From a virus (taxonomy: Duplodnaviria; Caudoviricetes), in IMG/VR virus record IMGVR_UViG_3300047160_005605, positions 8,229 to 72,228 of that record: a DNA stretch of 64,000 bases; one strand, 5' to 3'. The position numbers and the translations under genes were made by a program. The stretch's first letter is position 1; each line of letters begins with the position of its first letter. Below are positions 35,697 through 46,425 of this stretch, piece by piece. Under the pieces are notes generated by a model. That model made no database searches. It had not been told where the DNA came from and saw nothing but the letters and a program-made list of their open reading frames with translations.

Positions 35697-36737
35697 CTAG
35701 GCCGCAGCCGATGTACGAAGCCAATTGATGTTAGATGGAATACAAACCGCCCCAGCAGGAACTTGTCGCATCATCCAAATGCCTATCTGCTGGTTAGGAT
35801 ACAGTGTCCCTATGATTGCTCCCGTGGGTCCCGTGATCCCAGCAAACCACGTGACACCAGCGGGAGCGGTTGTATCGTTGGGGATCGTCGCAATGGGCGA
35901 ACCCGATGCTTGAATACCATTCACGTCTAGTCCTATCGCAATACCCGGCACAGCATTGATGATGTCCGTAAATGCGCCAGCGCTCGCTGTAGTGCCTAGT
36001 AATCCTCTGCCTGCCGCTGGCACGGACAGCGAAGTGTCAGTCCGAATCGAGTAATAGACTATCTCGCGCAGAGTGCCGCCAGAGGTCTGAATATTGCAAT
36101 ATCCTCTAGACGGCCAGCTAGCGAAGGAGCCTGTGGTGATGATGGTCCCTGTTCCCGATGCAGGCAAGAACCCACCGAAAGAAGCCTGCTGCACACCGAG
36201 CGTATGCAGGAAGCGCTGGATGTTATAGACGTTTCCCACTGCTTCATTGCGCAGGATCGACGCACGGTAATTGGTCTGACCTGTCTCTACGCCGTCCCCA
36301 AAACCAAAGTAATTGTTAAAGACTGGATGCAAAGTGACCGTCGCAGCGCCCAAGGCATTGCCACTGGTGATATTCGCTGTCGATGTTCGCCGCACGCGCA
36401 AATACGATGCTGGTCTGCCTTTGGTCTCTACTATACCGGTAGAACCTTTATTAGGTAAGTTGCAAACCTCACCCGGTACGCCTCCCGAGTCATTCCATTG
36501 CAGATTGTTGAATCTATCGCAACTCAGCGCGCCGTTACCTTCGAGACAGCCTCCCGAAGCGAAGTCGATCACCACGCCGAAAAGCATGTTCTCAAGGTAG
36601 ATACCATAAGTGAATGCCTCTTGACTAGAACGATAACCCCCGAGGCAAAGGGTAGGGACAATCTGCGTTCCACCATCGCTGCTAGCGCCAGTGAAATACT
36701 CTCTCAGTGAATCAGCCCTTGTCTGCACGGCTGGCAT
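35697..36737 (-). CDS. minor tail protein
   Basis: Gly/Thr/Ser-rich ORF with GGYRSS motif, in the tail operon. Confidence 0.65.
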   Translation of the reverse strand: MPAVQTRADSLREYFTGASSDGGTQIVPTLCLGGYRSSQEAFTYGIYLENMLFGVVIDFASGGCLEGNGALSCDRFNNLQWNDSGGVPGEVCNLPNKGSTGIVETKGRPASYLRVRRTSTANITSGNALGAATVTLHPVFNNYFGFGDGVETGQTNYRASILRNEAVGNVYNIQRFLHTLGVQQASFGGFLPASGTGTIITTGSFASWPSRGYCNIQTSGGTLREIVYYSIRTDTSLSVPAAGRGLLGTTASAGAFTDIINAVPGIAIGLDVNGIQASGSPIATIPNDTTAPAGVTWFAGITGPTGAIIGTLYPNQQIGIWMMRQVPAGAVCIPSNINWLRTSAAA

Positions 36738-37273
36738 TACGCGGCGCTCACAGTCACCATATGGGTCGTTGGATTATACGTCACTGCAACATCACCTGCC
36801 TTGAGCAGCGGCGGCGTTACTACAAATTCGTCAAACTCCATCGGTGTCGAAGGTTCCATTGCTTTGCTCAGCGCCATCACCTGAAACCTATACGAAGTCT
36901 CATCCGCTAAAAGCGGGGTGATGTAAGTATACACGGGAAGGGTGCCCGTCTCAACTATACTTGTGATCTTCACCCAATTGCCTGACTTGCGTTCATCGAC
37001 TTCATACATGAAACAACCGACAACATCGTACCATTGCATAGTGAGATAGGGCGGGTATAGCTCGGATAGTGCCAGCGTACTCCCCTCGGCAATTTCTAGA
37101 GAAGGAGGGAATTTCTCGTAATGCGGCAGGTTGAAATTATAGGTTGGACTCGTTAGCTGACCACTAATCTGCTTGCCGTAAAGGATAACGCGATAGTAAG
37201 GCGCTGCCGTGGGAGTCCACGTGAATTGCCAGCTACCATTGCTTTGCTGCACGATACTGGTGAAGTAGATCAC
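36737..37273 (-). CDS. minor tail protein (fibronectin-III-like)
   Basis: W.P....YRV.L and Y.FQV.A beta-sandwich patterns. Confidence 0.55.
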   Translation of the reverse strand: MIYFTSIVQQSNGSWQFTWTPTAAPYYRVILYGKQISGQLTSPTYNFNLPHYEKFPPSLEIAEGSTLALSELYPPYLTMQWYDVVGCFMYEVDERKSGNWVKITSIVETGTLPVYTYITPLLADETSYRFQVMALSKAMEPSTPMEFDEFVVTPPLLKAGDVAVTYNPTTHMVTVSAA

Positions 37274-37638
37274 TTCTTTGCCTCAAAAGACGGACAACCG
37301 TGACAGCAAGCGAGCCCAGCTTCCATAAGCAGTGTGCACCTCTCGTACACTTCGCACGCAAATACTTTGAGCCTTACTCCTTGGCATGTCAAGCAATCTC
37401 TTAACTCACCCGTCGGCTCGCCCAGATGTACGCAGACAGGCAACGTCTTGCCCGTCCTCTTGTCAAAGATCAAGCGGGGCGGGGGTCTGTCCGAATAGGG
37501 ACAATGCTTGCAATTTGACCATGTTACTCCTCTCAGATCACTATTGATGAGCTTCGTGGAATAGCAGGGATAGCGCTGATGCTCGTTGAGCCGACCACGA
37601 TCTTTACAGGGGGGTAAAACTAATTCCAGAGCGATCAT
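37270..37638 (-). CDS. Cys-rich hypothetical protein
   Basis: ATGA-coupled start at 37638; 12 Cys including CKHC, CLTC and CCHGC. Confidence 0.6.
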   Translation of the reverse strand: MIALELVLPPCKDRGRLNEHQRYPCYSTKLINSDLRGVTWSNCKHCPYSDRPPPRLIFDKRTGKTLPVCVHLGEPTGELRDCLTCQGVRLKVFACEVYERCTLLMEAGLACCHGCPSFEAKK

Positions 37639-38507
37639 ACCGGTTCCACAAGCAATGTAGGACTTGAGAAAGCACACAAAGGCGATCCAGGTACAGGTTG
37701 AGTATACAATTCCATGTTAAAGAAATTAGGACCAGTGCAATTGAACTCCGATGCGGGGATATGGTCACTAAGGGCATAAGTCTGCGACCAGAAAGGGTTG
37801 CCTCCACCACCTACAAGATTTATATCCCATGAAGGACCTCCCGCGAAGTTCCTATCATAGTTGAGTTGATAATAGGCGAAGGCACCTGTCGCAACATCCG
37901 TTACGACCGTTTCAGACCGCCAACCGCACTGAACAGGATTGATGAATAGACTACCATCTCCTTGTAAAATCGCATTGAGGGTAAAGGTATGGTTCAAGTT
38001 CACACATTGGTTATAAAGACTATTGCCCCATCCCATCCCCGCTGACAGTGCTTTCCAAACCAGAGTCACTTGCTCGCAGCAACAATTCCAATTCTGTGCA
38101 AAGCAATCGGGAGGAGGACAAATATCGGTGATCGTAATGGAGATAGTATCCGAGCAACAACTGGTCAGAGCAATGCCAGTAAAATCCAATCTGAATGGCT
38201 GGCATGTGCACGAAGTGGGATATACTACAACCGTATCGCTGCCGCAGGAGACGATCAGCTTGTAATTCAGGCAACCAGGAGGGGTTTTGGTTGTATCGCA
38301 TAACAGGATCAATGTAAGGTTGCCGCAACTCAGTATGGCCGAGCCACTCCACTGCCCACCCGCAGGAGGCATGTGAATAACCTGCTTGTCCATGCATACA
38401 CCACAACCCCCTGGAGCGGAGACATAACCACACAACTCTCCAGCTGGAGGAGGTTGACAACATTGGTTCGGACCACAGCATTCACAATCGACCGCATAAT
38501 CAGGCAC
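37635..38507 (-). CDS. Cys-rich tail-region protein
   Basis: DCECCG..CC...; more than 20 Cys, concentrated in the N-terminal half. Confidence 0.7.
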   Translation of the reverse strand: MPDYAVDCECCGPNQCCQPPPAGELCGYVSAPGGCGVCMDKQVIHMPPAGGQWSGSAILSCGNLTLILLCDTTKTPPGCLNYKLIVSCGSDTVVVYPTSCTCQPFRLDFTGIALTSCCSDTISITITDICPPPDCFAQNWNCCCEQVTLVWKALSAGMGWGNSLYNQCVNLNHTFTLNAILQGDGSLFINPVQCGWRSETVVTDVATGAFAYYQLNYDRNFAGGPSWDINLVGGGGNPFWSQTYALSDHIPASEFNCTGPNFFNMELYTQPVPGSPLCAFSSPTLLVEPV

Positions 38508-40008
38508 CGATCACTCCATTGGTGCATTGTTTCGTACTGTAACTGATTTTCCCATTCACACAGGTAATGGGATGAATAGGAATCGCCCCGCTGTACCCTA
38601 TCGTATCGACCAGCACCTCTCCTCCACCAAGATCCGTGACCTGAAAGCGCACATTCCTGAAGGAAATCTTCTTGACCCCGCTGATCCAAGGGCCGCCTTC
38701 TATGCCTACAGATAGAAGCTTGTTACTATTAAAAGTGACCTTTGCTATGTCAGGACTACTGCCAGGAGCGACAGTAAACTCTGGTCCACTGAACTCCAGC
38801 GCTGTCGAATCTACTGACCCACCACCATCATCGGACACCGTATAGAAAAAGCGGACTAGCGCTTCATTGATTCCTCCCTGATCGACTATGAAATTATCGC
38901 CATTGAAGGTAATGGTTTGGGTTGGCACAACCGTCGTCATGTCATCTTGCACAGTCAATTGCCACACCATGTCAGGCGTGGGAGTGAACTTGACGTGAGC
39001 CGTGAAGCCCGTCGCCGTCACCGAGAATTGCGGGGAGTCAAAGACGAGCGCCGTTGAACTTACCGACCCTCCAGCACTGTCCGAAACCGGGTAGAAGAAG
39101 TGGACCCCAGCACATTGATTGGCCAATTCCTCAACCCAAAAATTCTTGGGGCTGAAGCACATACTTATGGAGTTTACAGTGGTGAAAGTATCCGAGACAG
39201 GATAGTAAAAACCGATATGGGCTCCTATGAGTAAACCAGTAACATCCAAGATAGAGGTCACTATGAAGTTCGACCCGGCAAACTTCATGAATTGTGAATC
39301 CACTTCAGGACAATCGCAATCATCCGAGACGGGGTAAAAGAAGTCCACTACCGCCTTATGCTCTCTACCTGGAACTGGATCACGGATAACGATGAAATTA
39401 CAATCGCAGAAACCCAATTCGTTGACATTGACAACAATTATCGGCTCGGGAGAAAGATCCTCTTTCTTCACACGTTCGACAGTAAGATTACCTGTTCCCG
39501 ATCCTCCTCCTCCATCATTGGGGAGTTCCATCCAGACGATAGGCTGTCCATCAGGATCCTTATAGCCTGTTGGACAGCGCCTGGCGACGATGATATCCCC
39601 AGCTTGTAACGCCTTGATGTTAGAAACGGGTGGATTGTCTGCCTGCTTCCAAACGTCAGGTTGATTATGGTAAGCTCGCGCTACAAAGAACTTTTGGTTA
39701 TCCGGTATCTTCTTAACACGGTTAGCATCAAAGATAAGCGGACTCCCGGGAGGATACGTCCAGTTCGCACATTGGACGATATTGTAATAGTCCTGAATGA
39801 CTAGGCAATCCTTCAGGACGAGCGAGCTAAACATCGGTATGATATTCTGCGAGACGATGAAGCGGTTGCCGAACTTCTGGAGGTTAGTACCCCCACCATC
39901 ACCAGTGACTTGACGAATCAGCGCATCCTGCAAATTCTGCATTTGGGTAGCGCTGAGTTGTGTATCGCCTTTGCGGGGAGCACGGTAAGATTCGCGTAGG
40001 TCCGGCAT
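38500..40008 (-). CDS. tail tip/fibre protein with FxY(P/T)VSD repeats
   Basis: Four ~40-85-aa units ending FFYPVSD / FYYPVSD / FFYPVSD / FFYTVSD. Confidence 0.7.
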   Translation of the reverse strand: MPDLRESYRAPRKGDTQLSATQMQNLQDALIRQVTGDGGGTNLQKFGNRFIVSQNIIPMFSSLVLKDCLVIQDYYNIVQCANWTYPPGSPLIFDANRVKKIPDNQKFFVARAYHNQPDVWKQADNPPVSNIKALQAGDIIVARRCPTGYKDPDGQPIVWMELPNDGGGGSGTGNLTVERVKKEDLSPEPIIVVNVNELGFCDCNFIVIRDPVPGREHKAVVDFFYPVSDDCDCPEVDSQFMKFAGSNFIVTSILDVTGLLIGAHIGFYYPVSDTFTTVNSISMCFSPKNFWVEELANQCAGVHFFYPVSDSAGGSVSSTALVFDSPQFSVTATGFTAHVKFTPTPDMVWQLTVQDDMTTVVPTQTITFNGDNFIVDQGGINEALVRFFYTVSDDGGGSVDSTALEFSGPEFTVAPGSSPDIAKVTFNSNKLLSVGIEGGPWISGVKKISFRNVRFQVTDLGGGEVLVDTIGYSGAIPIHPITCVNGKISYSTKQCTNGVIGA

Positions 40009-40017
40009 GAGCCACCT

Positions 40018-40938
40018 CTAGAAGTCGAATACGGCTTCAAAAAAGTCGTCGTAATCTACATCATCCAAATACTTAATCAGCTTATACCCTTTATTCTCGA
40101 TAAGAGCGGGCGGGGGACGGCCATAGCGCTGGTCGATAAAGACTGCGTAGGTATCCCAACCGAAGGGATTATTCTGGAACTCATAGTGGTACTTGTAACG
40201 GTTTTCCTTGACGACCTCCCATTGTACTTCGGTACAAAGCCACGTGCGATCAGGCTGCCCGCGCCATTCTCCTTTGTTGAGTTTGGCAATAATCGCTGAT
40301 TCATACTGCGATGGAAAATCCGTGTCGATGTAACCTTCCAGGATGAGCGAGCGCATCGGCACCGTCGCTTGAATCTCGCCTCCTTGCGTGATGGTCTCTC
40401 CCGAATAATCCTTATCTGCAGGACGAATCACACCATTCTCATCAAGGTATTCATTCGTCCCATCTGGGAAGGTGTGTTCGACAGTGATTGGCTTTTGGAC
40501 AGGAGGATCTTGTGAATAATCCAGATAGAAGTTGACTGGAAATTGCTGAATAGAACAGCGCGATTTGGTATAAAGGACACCCGGAATAATGGCCCGGGGA
40601 TCGGGTAGCTCTTGTGTGCCTTCAAGAACGTGGCGATAGGTGCACGTTACGTCAAAGCAGCTAGGATCACCCTCTACAATCTTGACACTGCGCTCATCGA
40701 GCATCAATGGTTCAAAACCATCGCCTGTAACCGTATCTGGGATGGTAGGGACACCCGCTGTCTCTAGAGCAATCTTTAGGTTCTGGTATGCCGTGAAGGG
40801 GTCGGCATCTGTAGGCTGGTATACATTCACCACGCGAAACAAGCGCGTCAGCGAGCGTAGCGCACCACCTCTCTCTTCAGCAGCAACGGTATCAACATGG
40901 TCTATAAAGGCAACTGAATCCGTCAAATCGGCTGACAT
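40018..40938 (-). CDS. tail hub / distal tail protein
   Basis: Directly after the tape measure gene; G.WRG...RTWLC motif. Confidence 0.6.
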   Translation of the reverse strand: MSADLTDSVAFIDHVDTVAAEERGGALRSLTRLFRVVNVYQPTDADPFTAYQNLKIALETAGVPTIPDTVTGDGFEPLMLDERSVKIVEGDPSCFDVTCTYRHVLEGTQELPDPRAIIPGVLYTKSRCSIQQFPVNFYLDYSQDPPVQKPITVEHTFPDGTNEYLDENGVIRPADKDYSGETITQGGEIQATVPMRSLILEGYIDTDFPSQYESAIIAKLNKGEWRGQPDRTWLCTEVQWEVVKENRYKYHYEFQNNPFGWDTYAVFIDQRYGRPPPALIENKGYKLIKYLDDVDYDDFFEAVFDF

Positions 40939-40946
40939 GGTATCTC

Positions 40947-43778
40947 CTAATGAGTCACCACAGACTTATCCTGGCCTGTGAACACGCCATAAATCTTCTC
41001 AAGCCAATCATGCGTCTCTGGATCCGATGTATTCTGCTTGCGCTCGATATCAAAGCCACGCGACAACCCACCTGGACCTTCTAGGATAAATTGCTTGAGG
41101 TTGATGGCGCGAAAATCAGTGCCTACCGCCGTGCGCATCAGTGGGCTCTTTGTCAGATCCTCCATGCCCTTGATAGCTCCCATAAGCGTGCCCTTGAAGG
41201 TGCCACGCTCTAGCACTTTCTCCATTTCAGAGGCCTTAGGAGCGAGTGCAGCTTGTATCAATCCTCCTGGTCCTGGCATTCCCATTCCTTGTATTGCTCC
41301 TCCCAGCGCCATCATGGCTCTACCCGCTCGGGGATCGAAAGGCAATGTCAAGTTGAGAGTAGGGAAAGGCGCTCGTAATCCCATCCCTGTCGTTATTGGA
41401 ACCAATTCCTTTCGGCGCTGCTCGATAATCTCATTGAACTTGTCAATGTCTATCCTCTCGAATGGTCTCATGGGAAAGCGCTTCTCAAACTCCGTTTCAG
41501 CTTTCTTTTCCGCAAAGCGAAGATCGCCTAATTCAATGTCCCTATAAACCTTGTATAATCCTCTCAAACCCCTGGGATCAAAAGGATTCTTCATAAAGGC
41601 ATCGAGAGCCGATTGCAAGGCTGTAAATTCAGCACCGATCCTCCTGAAGATCGAATCAAATGCAGCATGGAAAACTGCCGTGAGCAAATCCGTTATGGGA
41701 CCCCAGTTGATCTTGATCCATTCCTTAATCAGATCAAAGGTCGTCATAAAACCAACCATGAGATTCTTGGTGAGGTTCTTGATGAATGTCCAGGAATTGG
41801 TCCCCATGTCCTCTAGCAGAACATCCCAATGATCGCCAATCCATGTCATCAGCTTTGCCCAATTCTCACGGAAGTTGTAGAAGAAACCGAATGCTGCGGT
41901 TACGAGATCCTTGAATCCTTTCCACATGGCTGCGAAGTCGATTTTACCCATTAGCAGAAATAAACCAACAAGTCCCCCGACCACGAAAACTAACGGAGCA
42001 ATTGCTATTAAGGTGCTCGCTAAGGACATGAGACCACTTAATAGCGAAGGAATCAAACCAATAAGGCCTGTGAACAGTGAAGTAAGCGCTGTGAGAGGTG
42101 CGGTCACAAGCCCAACAATAACCGAAGCAAGCGAAGTGAAGGCCCCAGCAATTCCTGTTATCAATGACCACAGCATTTTGAAAGGAGCTATGACCACCGA
42201 AAGGAGTGACGTGCCAATCCCTAGCATAAATTTGGTGAAGCCAACAATACCAGAAAAAACGGCTCCAAGTACGTTAAAAACCAATGTGATCGGAGAAACC
42301 ATAAAATTAAAGAATGCCGTAACAATTCGCATAGCCCCGCCAAGTAGTGCAAGCGAAGCAATCAATCCTATGACTGACATGGTCATCACTTTGATGGTCG
42401 GGTCCATGACATCGAACCAAGTGATTCCTATCTTGATGTAGTCGATGAGCGCATTCAAGGCGGGCAAGAGTAGCGTCACCAGCGAGTAGCCAACCGCATT
42501 GATATTGTTCAGGAGGATGCGCATACGAGCACCAAGACCCTCAACACTGCGAGCGGCCATGTCTTGCATCCCCGTGAACATTTTCAATTCATCCTCTATC
42601 TCCTTTAGTTCTTTCGAGTAACCAATGAGAGGCAGCAAGACGCGCTGGATGCGCATATCGAAGCCGGCCATCAACTCATTGAGTTTGTTTTGCCTGTCTG
42701 ACCCAGTCCCTATTACCTTCTCGATGTTCCCGACGATCACTGAGAAAGGAAGTAGCTTTCCCGTCGCAGTGTCATACATCTGGAGTCCAAGTTCATCCCA
42801 AGCATTGCGATACTGGTTGACGGCTTTCGTACCCGCTATCGCTCCTCCCGTAACATGGGTATGGATCCCTTGACCCATAGAGGAATGGATCTTCATCTGC
42901 CCCACCATCTTCTGACCCGTCTGCTGGATTCCCATCCCCAAGGCTTTCCATCTCGAATCGCTCTTTTCGGCAGCGGTACCGAGAGCATCAACGGCATAGC
43001 GCAATCTATCTCCGGCGGCAACCCCTGTAATCCCTTGCTTTGAGTAAACGGCGAGAATAGACGCACTTTCTTCCAAGGACATATTCACCTTGCGTATGAG
43101 GGGTGCGGCCCTCACGAGGCCCTCTACAAGCGTCTCCGTGTTCGCTGCTGCTCCCCCTAGCACCCCCGCACCCGTCATAACTTGAGCTATTCGCCCCAGG
43201 CTTTCGATATTCTTACCCGCGTCAGCAGATCGCATACCCAGGGCTGCCTGCGCTTCTGAGAGCGATTTTACAGCTTGCTGGAGATCGAGCGTATTGGCGA
43301 GAGCGAATGTCTCAACTGTCCGTAAAGCGCCGAATGCGGAAGCAGCATCATAGCCCGTTCTGCCGAGCGTGCCCAGAGCTATTGCTAGCTCGTTTGCCGT
43401 GAAGGTGCTGCGCTTGGATATGTCGATGAGGCGCTCCTCTATCTCCGCACGCGCTCGGCTGCGATAGTCCGTGAACCCACCTGGTTGCGTGAAGGCGGCT
43501 CCTTCTGACACTTTGCGAAACTGCGCGAATTGGTTCATGCTGTGTGCTACGGCATCGTCTAGCTTGGCAAAGTTGCGTGTCCACAAGCCAGCCATAAGCG
43601 TGAGAGGGATTGCAAAGGAAGAAGTTACCGCTCGTCCATAAAGGAAGGTTTTCTTAGCGAGCCAATTCATGCGTGCGTCGGCATTGGCCGTCATTTTCAT
43701 AAAGCTGGAATCATCGCCGATCAGCCTCACGACTAGGTTTTGCAACGTCAGGGTTGGTGCCATGCCGACGCCAGCCAT
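40947..43778 (-). CDS. tape measure protein
   Basis: 943 aa; TP901-type core (F.A.E.A.AL..L...G) and hydrophobic amphipathic repeats; follows the tail chaperones. Confidence 0.9.
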   Translation of the reverse strand: MAGVGMAPTLTLQNLVVRLIGDDSSFMKMTANADARMNWLAKKTFLYGRAVTSSFAIPLTLMAGLWTRNFAKLDDAVAHSMNQFAQFRKVSEGAAFTQPGGFTDYRSRARAEIEERLIDISKRSTFTANELAIALGTLGRTGYDAASAFGALRTVETFALANTLDLQQAVKSLSEAQAALGMRSADAGKNIESLGRIAQVMTGAGVLGGAAANTETLVEGLVRAAPLIRKVNMSLEESASILAVYSKQGITGVAAGDRLRYAVDALGTAAEKSDSRWKALGMGIQQTGQKMVGQMKIHSSMGQGIHTHVTGGAIAGTKAVNQYRNAWDELGLQMYDTATGKLLPFSVIVGNIEKVIGTGSDRQNKLNELMAGFDMRIQRVLLPLIGYSKELKEIEDELKMFTGMQDMAARSVEGLGARMRILLNNINAVGYSLVTLLLPALNALIDYIKIGITWFDVMDPTIKVMTMSVIGLIASLALLGGAMRIVTAFFNFMVSPITLVFNVLGAVFSGIVGFTKFMLGIGTSLLSVVIAPFKMLWSLITGIAGAFTSLASVIVGLVTAPLTALTSLFTGLIGLIPSLLSGLMSLASTLIAIAPLVFVVGGLVGLFLLMGKIDFAAMWKGFKDLVTAAFGFFYNFRENWAKLMTWIGDHWDVLLEDMGTNSWTFIKNLTKNLMVGFMTTFDLIKEWIKINWGPITDLLTAVFHAAFDSIFRRIGAEFTALQSALDAFMKNPFDPRGLRGLYKVYRDIELGDLRFAEKKAETEFEKRFPMRPFERIDIDKFNEIIEQRRKELVPITTGMGLRAPFPTLNLTLPFDPRAGRAMMALGGAIQGMGMPGPGGLIQAALAPKASEMEKVLERGTFKGTLMGAIKGMEDLTKSPLMRTAVGTDFRAINLKQFILEGPGGLSRGFDIERKQNTSDPETHDWLEKIYGVFTGQDKSVVTH

Positions 43779-44586
43779 TATTTCTTATCCTTTCTCATTC
43801 TCTCTTGTGCGGCGCGCTTTCGGAGCACTCCCGGATTTATTGGTTTCCTTCCCTTCCCTACAAACTTACCTTCTGCGTCCAGACCCGCAGCAGGGAACCA
43901 GGCAGCTTTCGATTGCTCGGCTCGTCTCTTGCGTTCTTCTGGGGTAATAGGACCAGGCTTTTGAGGTTTCTTTGCCTCAAATTTCAAGATGAAGTCTTTG
44001 GCTGTTTTCTTGCTGGAGAGCATAGCAGCGATTTGGGCAAGGTAGTAATCAATGCGATGGAAGTGGTTTACCTCCTCAGCGAGAAATACCCTCCATAACA
44101 TAAATTCCCTAGGGGAAACCTTCTGTTTCGCTTCCCTTAGGGACCATCCCTGCCGGAGACACAGAGTCATCCACTCTAGTGTGTCTCCTTCGTAGAGTCT
44201 TTTTTTGCGGCTTCCTCCGCCACCTCGTCAAGCGCTGCCATCTTCTGACAACGCTTGAACAGAACATCCTGCACGCGCGGAGGCCACGTCTGCACTTCTT
44301 TCGGATCAACGTGCTTCCCCGTCTCCTTGTCGAAAAGGCACTTGCTGATGAGGAACGAGAAAAGACCGTCGATGTTTTTCATGCCGATGGGGCGGCCTTG
44401 CATGTCCACCTTCTGCCGTGCTGCAAGCTGATTGAGAAAGGCGTCCCGGTCCGTACTCTCGGGCTCGCGGAGAATGTAATCCTTTGCAATCCCCTTGCGC
44501 TTGACGCGGATCGGGAATTCGGCAAGATCCGCGTCAAACTCTTCCACTTGGGGTTCACCGTTGTCGCGCTCGCTGTCCATCTGCAT
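43778..44586 (-). CDS. tail assembly chaperones G (44176..44586) and G-T via -1 programmed frameshift
   Basis: Slippery GCA AAA AAA G (44199-44208); the -1 frame reads RLYEGDTLEW directly into ORF 43778..44170. Confidence 0.85.
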
Positions 44587-44591
44587 TCTCC

Positions 44592-45119
44592 TTAGGGGAA
44601 GGTGTAATTGGTATCATCGTACACAGGAGGAGTAATCTCGAAGTGGTCGGGAACAAGGGACGTTCCCGCAATCACTTCCAGGTTGGAAATGTGGAGCGTT
44701 AATTCAGCCATCGGCTGCTCGCCTTCCTTGAACTCGCGCGGCTTGAAATCTTCGATCCATCCCATGACCTCAAGCGTCGTGAAGTCGGGGAAATTGATGG
44801 TGATCCTCTGATTCACACCGATCATCCCCATGACACCCGCGTAGGTTACATCCGGCGTTGTAGTAGCAACACTATCGTCATAGGATGAGGTAGCGAAGGC
44901 TCCGTTCATCGTGATGGCTTGCGCTGTCTGGAGCGACTTCGGCCACGCCGTACGCCAGGTGTCGTTGTACATCGTGGTGGTGTTGATAGGTCCTTCACCT
45001 GTGACTCCGGGGGGAGTGACTTCCTTTTCAAAAAAGGAAATGTCGGGACCTAGCTCGAACGTGACAACGGTACTAAACCCGTCGGTCAAATAGTCCAATA
45101 GCACTGGTGATACCGGCAT
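44592..45119 (-). CDS. major tail (tube) protein
   Basis: Position between tail terminator and chaperones; TPPG..G...I.TTTM.N..WRT..PK.L motif. Confidence 0.75.
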   Translation of the reverse strand: MPVSPVLLDYLTDGFSTVVTFELGPDISFFEKEVTPPGVTGEGPINTTTMYNDTWRTAWPKSLQTAQAITMNGAFATSSYDDSVATTTPDVTYAGVMGMIGVNQRITINFPDFTTLEVMGWIEDFKPREFKEGEQPMAELTLHISNLEVIAGTSLVPDHFEITPPVYDDTNYTFP

Positions 45120-45134
45120 TGCTTCTCCTTTCTG

Positions 45135-45590
45135 TTAATTCAGTTTGCGATACATGGTCAGGTAGTAATTCATCACGTAACTTACACGTCGTTCCTGTAC
45201 CTCCTCTCCCATCGGTAGAATACCCGTCCTTCGACAGGCGCTACGGATAATATACTTGTTAGTTCCATCCATGTCCACCACTGCCAAGTAAAGCTTCTCC
45301 ATGAACCCAAGGTTATTAGGTTCGCCAACTAGATCAACCAGCTTGTCATAGGCAGTCTTGGGATCCGTCGCACGCAGGTGCATATGGATCCCCTGATGCT
45401 CGATCACAGCGCCGTTCTTTTGGATTCTCCCTTGCAGATAGGAGCTGGCACTGTAGATCACCAGAATGTTGTCAGGATCCGTAGGCAGAGCAGACACATA
45501 AGCAGGCCATGCCTCATTCGCTGATGGCATTGTGAATAAGCCACCATCGACAAGGCATTTTCTCAGAACGTCTGGTGCCCCGTAGTTCAT
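45135..45590 (-). CDS. tail terminator / completion protein
   Basis: Synteny; P..PD....IY...G.I...G..IEH.GI...LR pattern. Confidence 0.65.
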   Translation of the reverse strand: MNYGAPDVLRKCLVDGGLFTMPSANEAWPAYVSALPTDPDNILVIYSASSYLQGRIQKNGAVIEHQGIHMHLRATDPKTAYDKLVDLVGEPNNLGFMEKLYLAVVDMDGTNKYIIRSACRRTGILPMGEEVQERRVSYVMNYYLTMYRKLN

Positions 45591-46072
45591 GGGTTCTTGC
45601 GCGATGAGGTCAAATCCCTCACCATATTAAGGTAAATGAACATAGCAAGCGAGCCATCAGCAACTATGCGATTCACCGGATCCTCAAGATACTTGTATTT
45701 CTCGCCCGGTCTCCTCATGTGATCTTTGCCTGCTGCGATTCGCGCAGCGTATTTGACGTTATAGGCTTCTCCGTGTGCTATGCCAAACATCTCATGGACA
45801 TAGACGGCATATTCTTGAGCGGGAGAATTAGGGTTGCCATACCCCGCTGTCACCACTGTTTTGAATCCCTGCCCCGTGCGCAACACTCGACGGCTGCGCC
45901 ATAGCTCCCCTGTATCAATGGGAACCTCTTTATCACTCTCCCGTAGGATGAAGAATCCCGCTTGCCGTAGCACGACATAGAACCGATATTGATAGCGATT
46001 GTATCCTTGATTGATGGACTGGATCACCTTGTCCATCCCTTGAATATCAATGTAGAGCACTTCCCCAGCCAT
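45587..46072 (-). CDS. neck protein (HK97 gp10-like)
   Basis: VPIDTGEL.RS and YA.YVHE motifs; TGATG-coupled start. Confidence 0.75.
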   Translation of the reverse strand: MAGEVLYIDIQGMDKVIQSINQGYNRYQYRFYVVLRQAGFFILRESDKEVPIDTGELWRSRRVLRTGQGFKTVVTAGYGNPNSPAQEYAVYVHEMFGIAHGEAYNVKYAARIAAGKDHMRRPGEKYKYLEDPVNRIVADGSLAMFIYLNMVRDLTSSRKNP

Positions 46073-46425
46073 CAGACTATCGCCGCTTTGAGGAACTTTT
46101 GGGCATTGTCTATCTCGGGAATCCTTTCGTACTTCTTGACCTCCCACGTATTCGGGTTCGCAAAAGGATTGATCGGGTCGCTAAGCTGGCTGACAGGACC
46201 GAGCGACAATACGCCCATCGGCGCAACATCGGTGTCCACATAAACGATTGCCCTTGAGACAAACTCACGACCTTTGGCATCGACATAGAGGGTGGCTTTA
46301 TCCTCCCATCGACAATTGATCTGCACGACGGTTCCCCAGGTAGGTCTGCCGTAATCATCGTTCCCGGTCGGTGCCCAATAGGCAGCGACTTGATGAAGCT
46401 CCACATAGTCGGGTATGCTGCTCAT
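46072..46425 (-). CDS. head closure protein
   Basis: YW......D.YGRP......I.CRWE pattern; synteny. Confidence 0.7.
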   Translation of the reverse strand: MSSIPDYVELHQVAAYWAPTGNDDYGRPTWGTVVQINCRWEDKATLYVDAKGREFVSRAIVYVDTDVAPMGVLSLGPVSQLSDPINPFANPNTWEVKKYERIPEIDNAQKFLKAAIV

